64,000 nt of DNA. It comes from Bugula neritina. Lineage: Eukaryota > Animalia > Bryozoa. Where the stretch lies: NCBI GenBank assembly GCA_964035545.1, contig OZ037767.1:9806581-9870580 (forward strand), in the 5' to 3' direction. Shown in pieces: positions 62,201-64,000 of this stretch. The position numbers were made by a program, and so were the translations under genes. The notes under the pieces are model-generated. The model was given only the letters and a program-made list of their open reading frames with translations, did no database searches and was not told the DNA's origin. How positions within the stretch are numbered: position 1 is the stretch's first letter; the number at the start of each line of letters is the position of its first letter.

Positions 62201-63813
62201 TAGAAAGATGCAATAAAGAGAAGATTAGATAGAAGTTTTAAATGAAATATTTTCTGATTTCTTAATGTGAATCTGATAAATTAGTTATCAACAGCAAAAG
62301 TTTTGTACTGAAAAACTACACAACACCTTACTTTTAACCAAACTTTAATGGTAAATTAACATAAATTACTTCTCAAACTGTTATTGGTTAAGTAAAACTC
62401 AAAGGAAATCTTAAGACAGCTGGGATGATTGATTGATAGGAGGGAAACCTTACAAGTAATAAATGATCACGTGACAAAGAACAACACACGCGGCTGCCTT
62501 ACTTTTGTCAACATGCAGGTTGATGCATTGATGAAAGAGCCGTATGTACTTGTTCGCCTATGTAACGCCACACGATCACATATTATATATATCATTATTC
62601 TATTCCACTGTAGTAGCGAGGGTAAACAAACTAATCACTAACATCACCTGCATTCATCTCAGCCAATCAGAGACCTTTGTTGCTGCTCTAACATCAAGAA
62701 GTGTGCCAAGGGCATGCAAATGTTGAGTCTTTTATCTTCGATGACAATAAAAAGCTTCACTACTGAGAAATTAAGCTACTTCTACTGAAATCATGAGCTT
62801 GATTGGCTTATTGTTCATATATTCGAAATTGACATGCTGAAGCTCATTAGATATGCATTCAGTCGTTCACAGTTACTCATCTGTCCAACGCTGGCTGTCT
62901 AACTAACATATGGCTTATAAAATCTGCTATAAAATTCATCGAAAACTCACTTAATAATTCAGCATGATTTGTCAAACAAATTGAAGTTTTTCTTTCAAAA
63001 CCCAATTTTCCTTCAACTTTAGCTCTACATGCAAGCTCTAAATGAATAAGTAAGATATATAACATAAATTCACAGTTTATAATTAGGGTTTAATTTCTAC
63101 CAAGTGTATGTTTATAATGAGTTAAAATTCGCCATATAAAATATTGTAATTTATATTATACTTTAAAAGTTGAAAATAATTCAGTTGTAGAGAATTTAAT
63201 AGGGTTATGCTAAGCATTAAACAATTTTGGCCATACCGTATTATTCAGCTTGAATAAAGACAGGTATATTGCCACTTCCACTGCCTGCAATGTATTTTAT
63301 ATTCATGTTTAATGCAACACTAGGAAAACCTAAGTTAAAGGAATTAAACATGTTTTTTTAAAAAAAGAAGCAGCAATAACTAATTATTGCACCCGATACT
63401 TAGTAGAAAAAGAAAAAGTCTTTCTTTTTTGTGATTTACAGAGTCTTTGTTTCCATGCTAATTATTGTATCTAAAAATTCTTTGTCCCCTGCAACTATCT
63501 CACATGTCAACAGTTACCACCTGTCCTCTCTTTATCTACTTATACTTGAACACAGCATAAAAGATATATCAGCAGAAGTTGTTTGTTGTGCTTTGATTGG
63601 TTAATTACCTTGAATATCTGAAGCCCTTTATAAGCAGTGGTCAGTCCTCGTTGAGCTCATAGTTTGTGTTATATCTACGTTGTGACGCTATTGTAATGCT
63701 AGACATATTTTCTAGTTGTGTGACAAATCTCTAGTCCTTAGGCAAGCATCTAAATCGCAAGAAATCACAAAATAATTGTTTTTAAAAATTTTTGAGAGTT
63801 GACCAAACAGAAC

Positions 63814-63868
63814 ATGGTGTACGCCTGCATGACATCGTGTGAGGATTTTTCGCCAATACCTGGGCCAG
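63814..63868 (+). CDS. Probable alternative first coding exon of the CELF gene (MVYACMTSCEDFSPIPGP, phase-1 donor)
   Basis: ATG in an aacATGG context, 55 nt ending CAG|GTGAGT in the same phase (1) as CELF exon 4. ATTGG at 63596-63600 and TATAAG at 63629-63634 lie upstream. Confidence 0.55.
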
Positions 63869-64000
63869 GTGAGTTTGTACTCTATTGAGAGAAAATCAGA
63901 CGTATTTATTCTATCACAGGTTTTAAATATTCATGTCTGATTTTATAATTTTTTTGTAATAATTTATATAAAACTTGACTCATTAGAATAAAGAGCTAAA

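Overview
AT-rich, intron-rich metazoan (invertebrate-type) genomic DNA; the organism cannot be identified from this window. Exons were assembled by hand from GT/AG boundaries, reading phase and protein motifs. Left to right: (1) 1-18.6 kb is a tandem segmental amplification with a period of about 9 kb. It holds two complete, intact 8-exon copies of a compact minus-strand RhoGAP (371 aa, ARHGAP20/TAGAP/RhoGAP71E-like) that the ORF track shows only as fragments, plus the upstream end of a third copy running off the left edge. Each unit also carries the orphaned last two exons of an arylsulfatase B-like gene. (2) A degenerate B-box/coiled-coil pseudogene. (3) DPP3 (+, 15 coding exons, 725 aa). 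(4) RAD1 (-, 6 coding exons, 275 aa), tail-to-tail with DPP3. (5) A RAD1/POMT1 head-to-head interval holding an old RTE fragment, a young 5'-truncated LINE and a solo LTR with a perfect heat-shock element and TATA box, ending 36 bp before the POMT1 ATG. (6) POMT1 (+, 18 coding exons, about 777 aa). (7) The 5' part of a CELF3-6/bruno-3-type RNA-binding gene with a probable internal alternative first exon. Also present are a tRNA-derived SINE family (4 copies), MITE/foldback elements, many intronic minisatellites (one is a tandem array of the DPP3 exon-8 splice donor itself) and drifting 6-nt-periodic tracts that are densest near gene 5' ends.
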